A model generated the notes under the pieces. That model did not search any database. It saw only the letters and a list, made by a program, of their open reading frames with translations, and was not told the DNA's origin. A stretch of DNA of 60,254 bases, filler included, from Porpidia crustulata (lineage: Eukaryota): NCBI GenBank assembly GCA_964255105.1. It is 5 parts of 5 records of this genome, joined end to end, with 100 filler letters (N's around TTAATTAATTAA, not from the genome) between each part and the next. Parts side by side here need not be neighbours in the genome. Positions count along the whole stretch, not along the records: positions 12,092 to 24,063 come from CAXUWE010000579.1; positions 24,164 to 36,130 come from CAXUWE010000580.1; 3 more parts are not named here. One strand, written 5' to 3'. This document shows positions 11,992 through 24,872 of the stretch, piece by piece. The number at the start of each line of letters is the position of its first letter. Position 1 is the stretch's first letter. The translations under genes and the position numbers were made by a program.

Positions 11992-12091
11992 NNNNNNNNN
12001 NNNNNNNNNNNNNNNNNNNNNNNNNNNNNNNNNNNTTAATTAATTAANNNNNNNNNNNNNNNNNNNNNNNNNNNNNNNNNNNNNNNNNNNN
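11992..12091. other. Artificial contig linker (N44-TTAATTAATTAA-N44)
   Basis: The same 100-nt spacer occurs four times; its core gives stops in all six frames. Confidence 0.98.
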
Positions 12092-12597
12092 CATCTACAT
12101 TATCCCGTTACCACCCCATCATCTCGCCGTGCCTCAACTTCTCCACCAATGTCGTCCTGTATTACCCACGCCCGTACCTCGTATCGTCCTGTCGCTGCCG
12201 AGTCAGTCAAGGGTGCATGAGGGCAAGTGTTTATGGCGCGTCGCACTTTGCTTATTGATTACGGCGTCGGGAGCTCTCTTTGAGAATAGAGGGTCTTGGA
12301 AGTTGGCGGTGGCCTAGAAGAGAATAGGACTTTATCCACTTCTTCGAGATAGTCAGATACAGCAAAGACGGTCTCCCTAATCCTGACACGTTGAATATTA
12401 ACCTGGATTGCTTTTAAATATGTATCTATGTAATATTATGCGGAGGATCCATCATATAGCAACCTCTTCTATCCCAAGCGCTTCGTAGCATCGTATATAC
12501 CACATAAAAACCCCACCGAGCTAGCCAGCCAGCCAAAGCTCGGAACTTTTGATGATTAAACAAAAGCGTCTCATACCCAAAATGAAATAGGCAACCA

Positions 12598-15175
12598 TCA
12601 GGGATCCCCTGCCCCTAATCTAACCTTCCTCCTCCACGTCGAGTTCGTTCTCACCAGAGCCGGCGTTGCAGTATCCTCTCTCGATTTTCTGCCCCCACCG
12701 CTGCCGGGACTTTGAGTGCCTTTTTCTAACCGCTCTCTCGCGTACCATCTCCGTCTTTCCTTCCGTTTCTTCTCCACCCACTCCTGGCTTATGCCGCCTC
12801 GCCTCCACGCGACTTTCATCACCATGCCCACGTCCAACATGCCCCTAGGTAGAGCCTGCACAACTTGGAAGATCTCCATGCTATCACTGAAATCCTTGAT
12901 CTTCTGCTCCCCGAGCTTAAAGATGGCTAGAGCTATACGGAAGAGAGTTTTGCTGCCTTCGTAGAAAAGCACGTCCCACACGCGTAGCACGGACTCGATG
13001 GGTAAAGTGCCGATGAAAAGAGACATGAACCAACTCGTTGTACACAGCGATATCGGCGGCAATCTAGCGCCGTGGACGACACCAGCGTCTTCTTCACCAC
13101 CGACACCGACTTTAGCCCAGATGCCTGGCATGCTTTCCTTCAAAGTGACCATGAGGACCCAGAGGTCGACATTAGCACCTTCGAGGCTGATTTCGTGCGT
13201 CCCGGGGAGGTAGTCTGTGGTGATGATGTGGAGCATCCAAAAGGCTTTCTCTTCGGGGAGAAACAGAAGGAGGAGGCCAGTAAGAAAATTGAGAGATTGG
13301 CAATAGCCGACCTGGGGGGAGTGGAGAGCGAAAGCCTGGAGGACACGGCGGAGTGAGGAGAGTATTGTGGATTCGAGCGGAGGATACGAAATGGGTTTGC
13401 TGGATATACAGTCAGGTTTGAAGTGTACATTGTCGGGGAAGGTACGGTGAAGGTCGCGCTCAATGGCTTCTTTATCGTTTACATTGAGGTCGTCGGTGCG
13501 GGATAGAAGGGATTCGTATAGTCTGGGGTTTCCATCAAGAAGAGCGCGTCCACCAGCATAGTGAAACCAGCATGCGCCACGCCAAGCAGGCGGAATACCT
13601 TTGCGGACGTACCGTTGCGCCTTAACCGACTTATCAGGGAAATAAGAGGGCGAGTAAGTGGGAAGACCTTGCTCTCTCATAAACGAAGACCACTTCTTTG
13701 TCCGTCGATCCTGGCTCAGTATATATTTCGCATTCCAGGCATCATATTGTGCGATCGTGATATGGTGATTTGATTTGAGAAAACCATACTGATCTCTAGT
13801 TGGCGTCGCAGGTGATATCGCAGGTGGCTTCGGTGAGACGCTTCTGAACACAGCGCCAGACATGATGGCCGCTGAGCTCCTAGAATCGGAACTCGGTGGG
13901 CGGACTGGTGGAAGTAATTCAGACCCAATGCTATCATTGACTGCTTCAGCTATTCGTATGGATCGTCTGTGCTCTTCTTCGCTAACGCTGGACGGACTTG
14001 GATTATCGCGATCAGACTCAGTATCATCGGCAAATCCTGCGACGTACATATCTATAGCATCGTCGACTGTCATCCCAATAAATTTGGAGGTAGGTCTTTC
14101 TGTGTATTCAACTGCAGAATCGTAGATTGACGTGTCCTTGGTTATAACACTACTCCTCTCGGTACTGGTGGTATCCATGTAGCTTGACCCACTTGTGAGA
14201 GCGGATCGGAAGCTGGATCGAACTTCATTACTGTCGTAAAGTCCTTGCCACGGACGGTGGACGCTCGGGGCATAGTCATCGCCTGTAGGCTGTGATTCAT
14301 GTATTGTACTGTAGCTATCATTCCGGGTCTTCCAGTGCGGCTCAGGGCGTTCAGTGTCGGCGTTGTAGTTACCTCCAGATGTGGAAGGCCTATTTAGGGC
14401 TTTACCTTTTAGAGATGAGCTTCGAGGTTTATAAGACGAGGTTGAGAGTCCTCTGTTACGGTTGACTGTAGGAGATGCTGGGGGCAAAGTTGGCTCCCCC
14501 CGTGAACGCTTGCGTAGTATCGGGAAAGTCGGCGAATGATGTAAGATAGGCTTCTCGGATTGGCGATGTAGAATTGTGTTAGCTGTATGTGGTCTTATAC
14601 CCTCGTCCATGCTTGCTATTCCTAATGGCTGCAGCTTGCAAGGCTCTTGATTGTACATCGCTGCTTGTTCGTGGGGCGTCCGAAAACCTGGTCGACTTCT
14701 TTCCGCCAAAGTCTGTTCTCCAGACGGATTCAGACCATTCCCGTTATATGCCTGAGACGCTTCTGCTCCATTGTCACTTTCAAGTGTGGTCGTAGGTGAC
14801 GGTCCTCGAGAGTTCGGCACCCTGCTCAAGGAAGGTAAAAGGTGGAGAGGCACCTGTGGTGTTGGTATTGGTAGGTCCTCAACTGATGACGATGGTGGTC
14901 TCGATCTTGACCCCGATAGCTTTCTACTTGTTGACGAGAGCAGTTTCGTCAGGCTCTTTTGCTTCTTCAAAGAATTTGTGGTAGCCGTCGAGCTGCCACT
15001 TCGCCTCAATGGTGACACTTTTTCATCACCCATGTCCCCCATTATCATGCCTATCAAACTCTGTGGGAAACGAATGAGCCTATCGAAGGCAGTAAGTCCT
15101 CCGCTTCAACCCTCCCGCCTCCTGACAGCAACAGGCTGTTCCTCTTACTCTTAAACTTCCGAAGTCGTCGCACAT
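12598..15175 (-). CDS. TBC-domain Rab GTPase-activating protein (Gyp3/Msb3-Msb4-like)
   Basis: RDQYGFLK, VRKGIPPAWRGACW, R-finger IERDLHRTFP, Q-finger GYCQSLNF and LRVWDVLFYEGSKTLFRIAL. The short first exon 15175-15149 with intron 15061-15148 is my inference; the start could instead be an ATG near 15048. Confidence 0.85.
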
Positions 15176-16271
15176 GCTGTGAGCTCGATTGGTAGGGTTG
15201 GTTGAGAGTGGTGGGGTCCGAATCGTGGGTGCTTTCCTCCACCCAAAATGAAGTACTAATGCTCGGGATAATTTTCTCGTGCTGTACCGTTCTATACACT
15301 CGGTTGGATAGCTGACATTCTATTTGGATTTGACACGATCCAGAACGGGTGAGAGGTATGACGAATCTGGGTGCAATTTGCTGGGAGTTTTTCGGGTGGG
15401 AGTCTGGGAGATTAATTGCAATGCGGCAAGGAAGTCCAGCTTGCACCCTGGACTCCTGAAGTTGGTGACGTCCGAATGTTTGATCCAACACGAAGACTCA
15501 AATTGCGAATATCATACGATATTACCAGTGCTGATGACAATATCTTGAAAGCCATTCGTAATTACTGAAACTCTTGGTTCATATAATCTTGGCAGGAACT
15601 TAAAGCAGCGTATGTTCTGGCGCGACCTCAGTCCTCAGGTTACTACCTCACCCCTCCCATGATTGTTCCTTGTCCGTCCAGTTGCTACGAACAGAATTAT
15701 ATCAATCACGAAAATTAATTAATATATGGCACAACCCATGTTCCCGACTGCTCTCTGCATGCTCAATATCTCGACGTCACAAACATTTTGTCAGTAATCT
15801 GAAACCTCCAGAACTTCTCCATTGAGACTAGGCTAGATACACCACCGATGCTTCTTATATTGGAACAGCAACAGGCTCTCTGCCTAGTGGTACAGATTTA
15901 GTGATCCCAATCTTCTAGAAGATATCGCACTAGAAGATGTGGTTTGGATTGTAAAGTTTGTGATGGTAAGTTTGAGAAAGATGAAGGTATGCGATAAGTC
16001 TCGGTAGGATGAACATATCAAAAAGGAAAGCTACAACCCATACCCATGCCTTATTCTTCTATCGCCTCCCCCTTCCTCCCTTTCCTCCACAACCGCAATC
16101 TCCATTCCAAAAAAAGAATAAAGTATGTAAATTCCCATCATCCTGAGGTAGCATATTTTGAATCCCCAGTCTATGGTCTACACTATGACCCTGCATCAAC
16201 AAGAAGTAGAATGTTCTGTAATTACCCAATGTGGCCTCTCAATATGCCATCTGCCATTTCCCAAGAACTAT

Positions 16272-16917
16272 TTATAAAAACACCGTCACTCCAACCATAC
16301 CCACCAGGACCGCTCCAAGCCATTGCACCGCACAATTCGCGGCGGAGGATGGTTTCGCCGTGGTCTTCGGCGTGAATTTATGCGAGATCTGTGTCCCGTT
16401 TTGCGTGAGGTTCGAGGCTGAGAGAGGCTTTGCTGAAGGCGTAGAAGACCAAACATAACTAGTCGTCGCCGCTACCGCCACCGTCGTGTCCACAACCGTC
16501 GTGGTTCCAGCTGAGGCCGAAATATCAGGACCAAGACTTGAGGTAACTGTAGCTGTGGCGGTCAAGGTGGCGACGCTAACGCTCATGCCTGGCGGGAGAT
16601 CGAAATTGATGCCAACGGATTTGCACATGCTTTGGGCGAAACCGAGGGTTATCTGCTGGTCAGATACGCTGCATGTGCGGCCGATTTGCGACTGAAGGGA
16701 GCCCATGAACGCCGGAGTACAGAAGCAGTGGACGTCGACGTCGGTACAGCCAGCGGAGGTGATGGCAGATTCCGTGACGTTTTGCTATCTCGATATTAGC
16801 CTCTTTACTGTAAAGGGGGTGCTTGCTGCTTACAGCACACTGCGGAATGCTCGATAGCTGGGCGCTAATAAAAGGTGCGGCCATCGCAGCCAACGCTATG
16901 ACGGTAGCGATGGACAT
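16272..16917 (-). CDS. CFEM-domain, probably GPI-anchored cell-surface protein
   Basis: Signal peptide MSIATVIALAAMAAPFISA, intron 16785-16833, IPQCA...GCTDVDVHCFC...TC...SMC, a Ser/Thr-rich stalk and a hydrophobic C-terminus WLGAVLVGMVGVTVFL. Confidence 0.85.
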
Positions 16918-19900
16918 CTTATATTGATGCTGTTGAAGATAGACAGCGAACTAATGTTGAGTCAAGAAGTAACAGCGCTCTGATCAAAAGCAGAGGTTGT
17001 AAATCCTTGGACAAGATTGAGCGTTTGTGAATATGTAAGAAGTACCATTGCTAACCGCGAACAAAGAACAGAAAGTCTCGGACTCAGATTTGATGGAAAC
17101 AGGCATGACCAAAATTGTATTTGTCGAGCTTCCGACGCCACGAGGATCTAGAAACAAAGGCACCGAAAAGCAGCAACGCTATAGAGAACAAATCTTGCAA
17201 CGTAGACTTCGCTTACAATGGTTTAGAAGCCCTTTTGTTAATGCCGCGCTGTTGTCGACCTCAGGCGCCTCATACCAGACTTTCCTTTAGGCAATTATTG
17301 TTTGACGCAAGAAGAAGCGCCGCCTTTGGCTTTCAGCTAGACTTAAGACTCCATTAGTTCTATTTTGTCTCCAGCATTGTGCCTGCATATAAACTACCAC
17401 TGCTGGAAGACTGTTCCACCAAATGCGGGCTCCATAATCGTCCAGACAGCCGTACGCCAACGCCACGTGGACCAACGCTTGCTGACTAGGTATGTTGACT
17501 ACACCAAAGGCAGAGCAAAATCTTTCTCTTATCCTATTGACCTTTGTTTGTCAAGAAATCTGATAAGTAGATCCATGGGCTTGAGTAGAATTAACATGTA
17601 AGACTTGCTGTGTTCATAACAGATGTGGTAAATCAAGGAGCTGTTTAGAAATGGCAGTCGTACGTCTAAATCAATACGTAAAAGTTATACATCCTCAAGG
17701 CATCAGACTATTTGACCCTGTTTCAATGAGAGGAAAGACAAATAAGGAAATTGGCACTTTGACTCTCATTCGATTCAACGGATGGGTAGCAAGTTGTTGG
17801 TTTACCGGCCATGCCCTACATAGATGAGATCTCTTCTGAACGCATAGGCTCATGGCACCAATTGAGCGCATGAGACCTGAACGTTTACTTCCTGAGCTGC
17901 ATGCACAGTGCCGGTGTACGGATTGGCTTGTATGGTGACCGGGACCAATAGGGTCAAAGCGATTAATACACGCGGTGGCAAACCAAACATTGATGCGGTA
18001 GATGAATTGGACATGCATAGTTTTGAAGTAAGGAGAGATGTTCCTGTCCTTTTCGTCGGTCTTGTGTATCTGTCGGAAGAACCTAACATGAGCGTAATGC
18101 TGGGGTGGGTGGTGTTCTGGACACTACTACACAGATGGGTGGAATATTGAAATAGGCCATGGACAGATTGCAAGAAAGCCAACCGTGCCAACCAAGAAAG
18201 TAATCTGCGTACCTGTGGCCCTGTGAAATAGGCCCCTCAGCCGCTTATATTTGATAGCACACTAGACCGCGGTATATATCGCTTACACACTGGATTGACT
18301 GGCACGCTGGTTGGAATTAGGTGCTTCTTCGGCCCAATACAGCACCTTACGTCTTTGCGCTTTTTAAGTGACAGGCACGTGATGTATATCATTATGGTAG
18401 CAACCTTAGATGATCAGGCATCACTGCTGCTTGGTAGTCACGTAGTTAAGGTTTTTCCTACGATTATTGTTGCGATTTGCGGAGATTGGAAAATTCCGAG
18501 AACCAGCTGACCCTTCCATGCCACCTCACCAAGTACAAGGTTGTTCCGTTTAGCGGATGGATATCGCATCACGTTCCACTTGGAAGGCGATATCAGTGAC
18601 ATACGGGATAGGTGCGTGGTATATGGGAAGTGGCGGAACTGTCAGCAGTATTTCAGTTCTCCGATTCTCCGTTCAGTCTTTGTGTCAATGAACTGATAAG
18701 CTGAGTGGCCAACGAGGAGCATGAGGTTGACCGCCAGATGACGGAGAGACCCAAGAGGGTTTAACAGGGTCGGAAGGTCCAAAGGAGGTTATCGTTTTGT
18801 TCCCTCAATCCTTAAGGAAGACTGCAATTCTGGAAAATGCCTGGTCGAAATTGCCGCAGTCGATTACCCTCGTCTTCTGCCATTTCCGCATGGCCAAGGC
18901 TGTTTCATATCTGGGACTGGGGTGGGACGTTGTCTTTAAGCTGCCGATTGGCGGTGCAGAACAGCCAAATATGCCTTAATCCGGCAGTTCTCTAAGGGTC
19001 CTACGCCTATTATACGCCACCTGACAAGTTAGAGAGACTTGTCAGGATAGTCAGGGACGAATGGAATACTGCAAGGGGCCGTCAATCGTTCTAGAGGCAC
19101 GGCTGGTGGCGAGCCTTTGGAATTGTTTGGCCCGTAGGCGGTCTTAGACACAGTAGACTCTTCGTAGTCTGTCGTAGTCTATAGTAGTCTGTAGTCCCTC
19201 CCGATACCGAAGATGACACTAGGGCAGACGACCAAGACGGTGGGAATAACCATCACAGTTACACTTGGCTCCTGTGGACGAAAGCGTGGCCGAGAAGCAT
19301 GGCCAAGGAGCATGGCTACCTTGTTAGTGTCATGTATGGCCCTGTTACTTGTTAGCTGTTACCTGGATTTTAACGAGAAGAAGTAGAATTGTGACAGGCA
19401 GATGACCTCCTACTACTACGAACCCTACTCCTACTATAGTCAACTTCTTCTTCGACGATCCAGTGACATTCACCTGTCAGGTACCCATCTATTCTCGCCG
19501 CATCAAAATACCATTATTAATAACACATGTTATGACACTTGCCTGCTACCACTGCTGCTGCTTCTGCTACATGCCTACCTGACCAAGTATCTCTTCTTTG
19601 AAAGAATAGGTAGTCTGTCCATCATCACCTTACTTGACTTGTCTACCTGCTTTCACATGCGTCTCCTACCAGACACACCCGAAAGTTCCATACTTTGTCT
19701 CCCACGTAACCCTTAGTCTGAGTCGACCTCTGTTTTCTTTGACTTATTCCCTTCCCTCAAGCATCACCATCCCACTCAGGTCTACCGTCTCGATCCATCA
19801 TCCTCCGTCATCAGGAGATACTCATCATTCACATAAACATAGATTTGGAGAGTTTAAGTTTGCGCTTGCTCTAGCGTACCAGGAAAACATTCATGCAAGA

Positions 19901-20015
19901 ATAGGAAGAGCTTCAATGGTTCATTCTCTTACAGCTTCATCAAATGCTACAACCCCAAAAGATGCACACACGGTAACAATAGACCAGCGCTCACTGGGTG
20001 GGCAAGTTGCCCGGT

Positions 20016-21581
20016 ATGTCCGAAGGGCTCCCCAAAGGCCTGATAGCCACAAATGAGAACGTCTCTACTGAGATTGAGAGAGAGGACCGAGTAGCTCTCG
20101 AGGACATTGCTAAGTTGTGGAGAGGTATTTCGGTCCCTCCACACGCAATTGTAAGGAACAAAGGCTGATGTTCCACTTTGCTGCTAGTCTACTCTGCCAA
20201 CAAAGGCGTACTTGAGGATGACGTGGGATCACGATTAGAAAACTTTTTCTGGAGGATTTGGGGCAACAAAGATGTCCGGGATCGTATCAGAGGGAGACAA
20301 GTTGCCACTCTGTTCAGCAGCATATCGGAAGGGGGCTTCATAAGGACTACACCCACGCAGTCACCTCGAAATTCTAGGAGCATTGGGAATTTTAGGACGC
20401 CGATTCCGGATAGAAGCCCTACTAAATCTCCATCCTTCACCCTCGGATCTCCCAGCTCAGGGACGTCTTTGTCAAATGAAGTTCACAATGACAGTAGACA
20501 GAGCATTGTAAGCAACCAAGCTCCCAGTCCTACAAATCTCGTGCCAGTCTCAGCTTCCGAAGCTAAGGAGAGTCATGGCATACTACCACCTATATTGAAA
20601 AAGCCATTTGCTGGATCTGCGATAAAGCTGAACAAAAGCGCGAGAATACTGTCCCCGCCTCCCACAGAGACCCGTTCCGTCGAACCGGGTAGCGCTCAGC
20701 TTGCAAACATTTCATCAACAAATATGGCAAAGAGAGGATCCGGGACAATACGGTTTGATGATAAGACAAGAAGCCCTCCAGCGAGAGCGTCATCTTCTAC
20801 TGCCCTAAAAACCGAAAAGCTGCCAGGTTCGCAAGGGCAACCTTCTCAAAAGTCCACAAGGAAAAAAGCTACGTTCATGGTTGGAGCTGGACCTAGCAAA
20901 AAAAGACCTGTGGCCGTTCGCCAAAGGTCGTCCCAGACATCTTCGAGTGCGGCGTCGAGCGTGACCTCCCCACCTCCGCTCACATCCAGCCTTGCTAGCC
21001 ACCGTGGGATCTTAAATGTCGCCGAAAGCCCTCGCGCGTTCGGCCAATCCACATTGTCACCATTAGTGCAAAACCCTAGATCAAGCAATCGGCGTCCAAC
21101 ACAGCAAGAGACAACTGATCGCACACCCCACGATGAATCTTCTGGTGGAGAATCGTCCCAATCGTCCATTGGCGAAGCAAGTGGCGAGACTGCTGATGGC
21201 GGAGATGAAGCAGTGAACAAAAGTCCGCTGGTAGATCCTAACTTCCGCGCTAGATTTGTGGACAAAAACCAAATTCAACCTCCACAGCGATCGTTTGCTT
21301 CTCTGTCGTCGCTAGCCCCCAAATCTACTGCAGTTGCCGCGGCTCCCGCTTCCTACCAGGCTGCTGGCATGATGGGCTTTGGGATACCTACACAGCAAGT
21401 TGGTAGGGCCAAGAACAATGTGGAAATAGCAAAAGAGGCACCCCGGACTGCTGCAGGTGATGGTCAGGGCTTGACGAGGACAAAAAGCCAACTCACATTT
21501 CTCCTTCAGAAGGATCGACAGACCAGTGAAGAGGGAAAGAGGCAGAGCGAAGGTGGCAGGCGACGAAGAACGCCGCCTTGA
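20016..21581 (+). CDS. DUF1752-motif (AreA N-terminal-like RLENxxWR) disordered protein
   Basis: Exon 1 MSEGLPKGLIATNENVSTEIEREDRVALEDIAKLWR, intron 20125-20187, then VYSANK...GSRLENFFWRIWGN; PLVDPNFRARF and C-terminal RTKSQLTFLL. Confidence 0.8.
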
Positions 21582-22572
21582 CGCTGGAACAAGTTCTATC
21601 GATCGTGGTGTACCACTACTATGTCTTCTTGATAGCGTTTAAGCGAGCAAGTTTTAATGTACTACTGGTGCTTGGGTTGTATGGGGACCCAGGCCGAATG
21701 CGTTGTTGCTACCTGCTAGATGAGATCCAGCCAAAAGTGCTTCTAGAAGCCCTAAACACCTTGTAACAAATGAAAGGGGGCCAAATCTAATATCGTGGTG
21801 CTGCATTATGCCCTTCTCATTCGTCGTCCCATTTATCGTGCTTCAGCCAGCTCTATGAGGCTTGAATGCCTGGAACACTCTCGGTCGTGTTTCATTTTGG
21901 CCAACTTACAATCCTCAATGAGGATAGACTCCATTCCTTCTGCCGAGTGCTGACTTATTTCTGCTACCTGAGTGTTTAGATACTTGACAATATAACATAC
22001 TGAGACTGGAATCGAAACAGATCTATGGCTCATCAACACTTCTCGTTGCTCGTCTTGATGATTGCCTACGTTCAATAAATAATAGGTGTTTGAGGACCCA
22101 GATGTACGCTTTTCCACTAGACCAACTCTGAGCACAAAGACGTTGCAGAGAACAAAGATGTGATTCTTTCTTCACTAATATCTACGGTTACTATGCTCCA
22201 TGCCATTTAAGGGAGAGAGATACAACATCACAATTATGTCGGTACGGTTCAACTATCAATTCAATGACCATGTTGAAGTAACTCATCATAGGCACGAGTA
22301 CTCTTTTCACATGATTAAAATAACCAAGATGTTGTAAATGTACGACGCTTCGAGAGGTGAAGCGTTGTATTGCAATTGGAAGGACAAAGAAGCGCGTAAA
22401 TTCCTCAAAGGGATTAGCGTCGTTTCACTTCGGTTCGAAAGCTGCGTAATGCCTAAAGCACCGCCCCTCTTCAAACAGTACACCTTTCTCATACCATTAC
22501 CATCCATCAACCTGACCACCATCATAACCATTATCATCTACAACTATACCAGGTTATTGGAAGTAATCGAAC

Positions 22573-23746
22573 ATGCTGCTCCCGACTTTCTTATCAGCAT
22601 CAGCGCTGGCGTTGACCGCCAACGCTTTCCTGGTCCCTCTTGAAGTCAACGGCCAACCCCCTGCTCCTTTTGACACTGCCTCGATGGCTCTACAGTCCCA
22701 GAGCATCCTGCTCGACTGCTCCAGCTGCCCGTTTGCCCTTAAACATGATCAACATGGCACGCTCTGGAAGCTGGGTGTTCAAAATGACCTTGTGATGGAT
22801 TTCACTGCCGAGGATAAGAGCCTCAAGCTTAATGGCATGGCATTCTACCCCATCGCAATGGCCCCTCTTCCACCAGTGATTTCCGTCCATCAGACCCGTA
22901 CCAAAGAAGAGGATGATCCGACTCTCCCGATGGACTCTGATCCTTTGAAACTGTCCTACAGTCTTGAGTTTGAGAATGAGAAGGCGACCAAAGGTCCAGA
23001 GGACCCTGTTCTGGTCCAGGCTTTGATGACTGTCATGGGTCTTGAAGGACAGATGATCAGAGTCAATGACATTGAAATCAAAGCCCTCAAGTCTTCCGAT
23101 GGCGAAGTAAGCTTTCCCATGTACTGAAAGGTGGACCAATAATGTAACTAACCCAAACTTCCAGCTCAAACTCCTGTCAGTCCATCAAGTAACCCCCTCC
23201 GCCAACGCCCCTGACGCAAAATGCACAAACATCATGTGCCGTGTCTTCACCAAGATCGCTGCGAAACTCCACGCTGCCGGCCGTAAGATCAAGCACGTTT
23301 GCATGAAATGTCTACAGCACCTCCAGGCCCTCAAGCATCACGGACACCCTACTCCTCCCACCATGCCCAAGCTCCCGGACATGCCTTCTCCCCCTGGAAT
23401 GCCTACCCTCCCTGACAGCGCCAAACTCCCAACTCACCACCATTTCAAGATTGGCCACCACCACGGCCACCACAGCTGGGTTCACAAGCTCGCGCACGGC
23501 GCCAAGAAGGCTTTTGCCTTTGTCATCCTCCCCGTCCTCATCGGAATCGCATTTGGCCTCGCCGCTAGCGCCGTGGGCATGCTCGTCGGGCAAATCGTTG
23601 TCTTTTTCTGGTTGAGACACCGCAGCAACGACGCACAATACGAGGTCGTCGAGACCGATGACAAGGAGGAAGGACTTCCGGCGTACGAGGACCTAGAGGG
23701 CGCGGAACTTGTCAACGAGAAGGAGGGGCTCGTCGAGAGAGTTTAA
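22573..23746 (+). CDS. Conserved fungal type I membrane protein with signal peptide, His-rich segment, TM helix and cytosolic LPAY motif
   Basis: MLLPTFLSASALALTANAFLVP signal, LDCSSCPF, in-frame intron 23107-23164, FVILPVLIGIAFGLAASAVGMLVGQIVVFFW TM segment and EEGLPAYEDLE. Confidence 0.8.
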
Positions 23747-24063
23747 ATTGTCAGTCCATTGAAATAAGGAGGATGTCGAAAGTTTGGTAACAGAAATGGG
23801 TTGAGCTGGAGGGCAGGGGGCGGTGTTTAGGCAAGACGATCGACTAGGAGGCAGTTGCTCCGATTATCGGTGCAGTATAGTTTGGGCTTTCACTCCCTGT
23901 TTGTTTTCTCTAGAATGGTTTCTTATGCCAGGCGTTTCTTCCCTCGATGCCATTCTTCCCAGTGATGTCCTTACCATCGACATTTTCACTCCCCACTCTG
24001 ATTTGAGAATATGCAATGCAGTAATTATCAACGCCTTCGATATCGTGTTTCTCAAGCACACAC

Positions 24064-24163
24064 NNNNNNNNNNNNNNNNNNNNNNNNNNNNNNNNNNNNN
24101 NNNNNNNTTAATTAATTAANNNNNNNNNNNNNNNNNNNNNNNNNNNNNNNNNNNNNNNNNNNN
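24064..24163. other. Artificial contig linker
   Basis: N44-TTAATTAATTAA-N44. Confidence 0.98.
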
Positions 24164-24872
24164 ATAATACCGTCTATTATCAATTGCCAGGCTTTGTATG
24201 TGCAATCTATTTGGCTTTTCCTGTTCAATCAAGTATTTTAATGTAAAAACAACGCGTTACCATAGCGAGGCTGTAGCTAATAATAGTACATCAATTTGTA
24301 TAAGTTAAGTATTATTTGAACAATTAAATAACCGTATCGTCGTATGCCCGCGTTTAAAGTTGATCGGGAGGGTTCGGCCGCGTTGGTTGGCTCGGCCAGG
24401 CCTGCATGTCAGACTCAACGCCCCTCAGCCCCTGGGCTTTTTATCTAGTGCGACAAAGCCCTCCCCTACCTTAATCACCCTCCTTAACTTCCTAAGTTCC
24501 AGTTCTACCAGGCACGCAGTCAATCTTTTCCCACCGTACATTTCCACACTCTCGTTACATTTAGCATTGTTTCTCTTCCTTGTGCAGTGATCCGCGTTTG
24601 GGTTGATCCTAGACTGTGGTTCTTTGTCTATTACAAATTCTAATTCCACCTTACATACGGCAATCTCTTGACGCTCTGCGGCTCTGCCACTCTATCGAAG
24701 GGCAAATCTGAAACCCCGAATCGTAACATCCAAATTTCCTTATCGAGTTTGAAGAAGTGCTTCTCCTAGACTTTCATCGGGCCATCAACATCGGTGGAAA
24801 TACACCAAGAAGGCCAATAGCGTACGAGGTTTCCAGTCTTGTGTCTTTGGCCGAAACCCTTATTCGTCGACA

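Noticed and set aside
12092..12220. Open frame from the contig 2 start ending ...AAESVKGA* as a gene 3' end
   Set aside because: Too short and no recognisable motif.
19020..19046. 10-bp inverted repeat CCTGACAAGT/ACTTGTCAGG, plus nearby GTAGTCT mini-repeats at about 19163-19196
   Set aside because: Short enough to be chance or slippage, with no supporting context.
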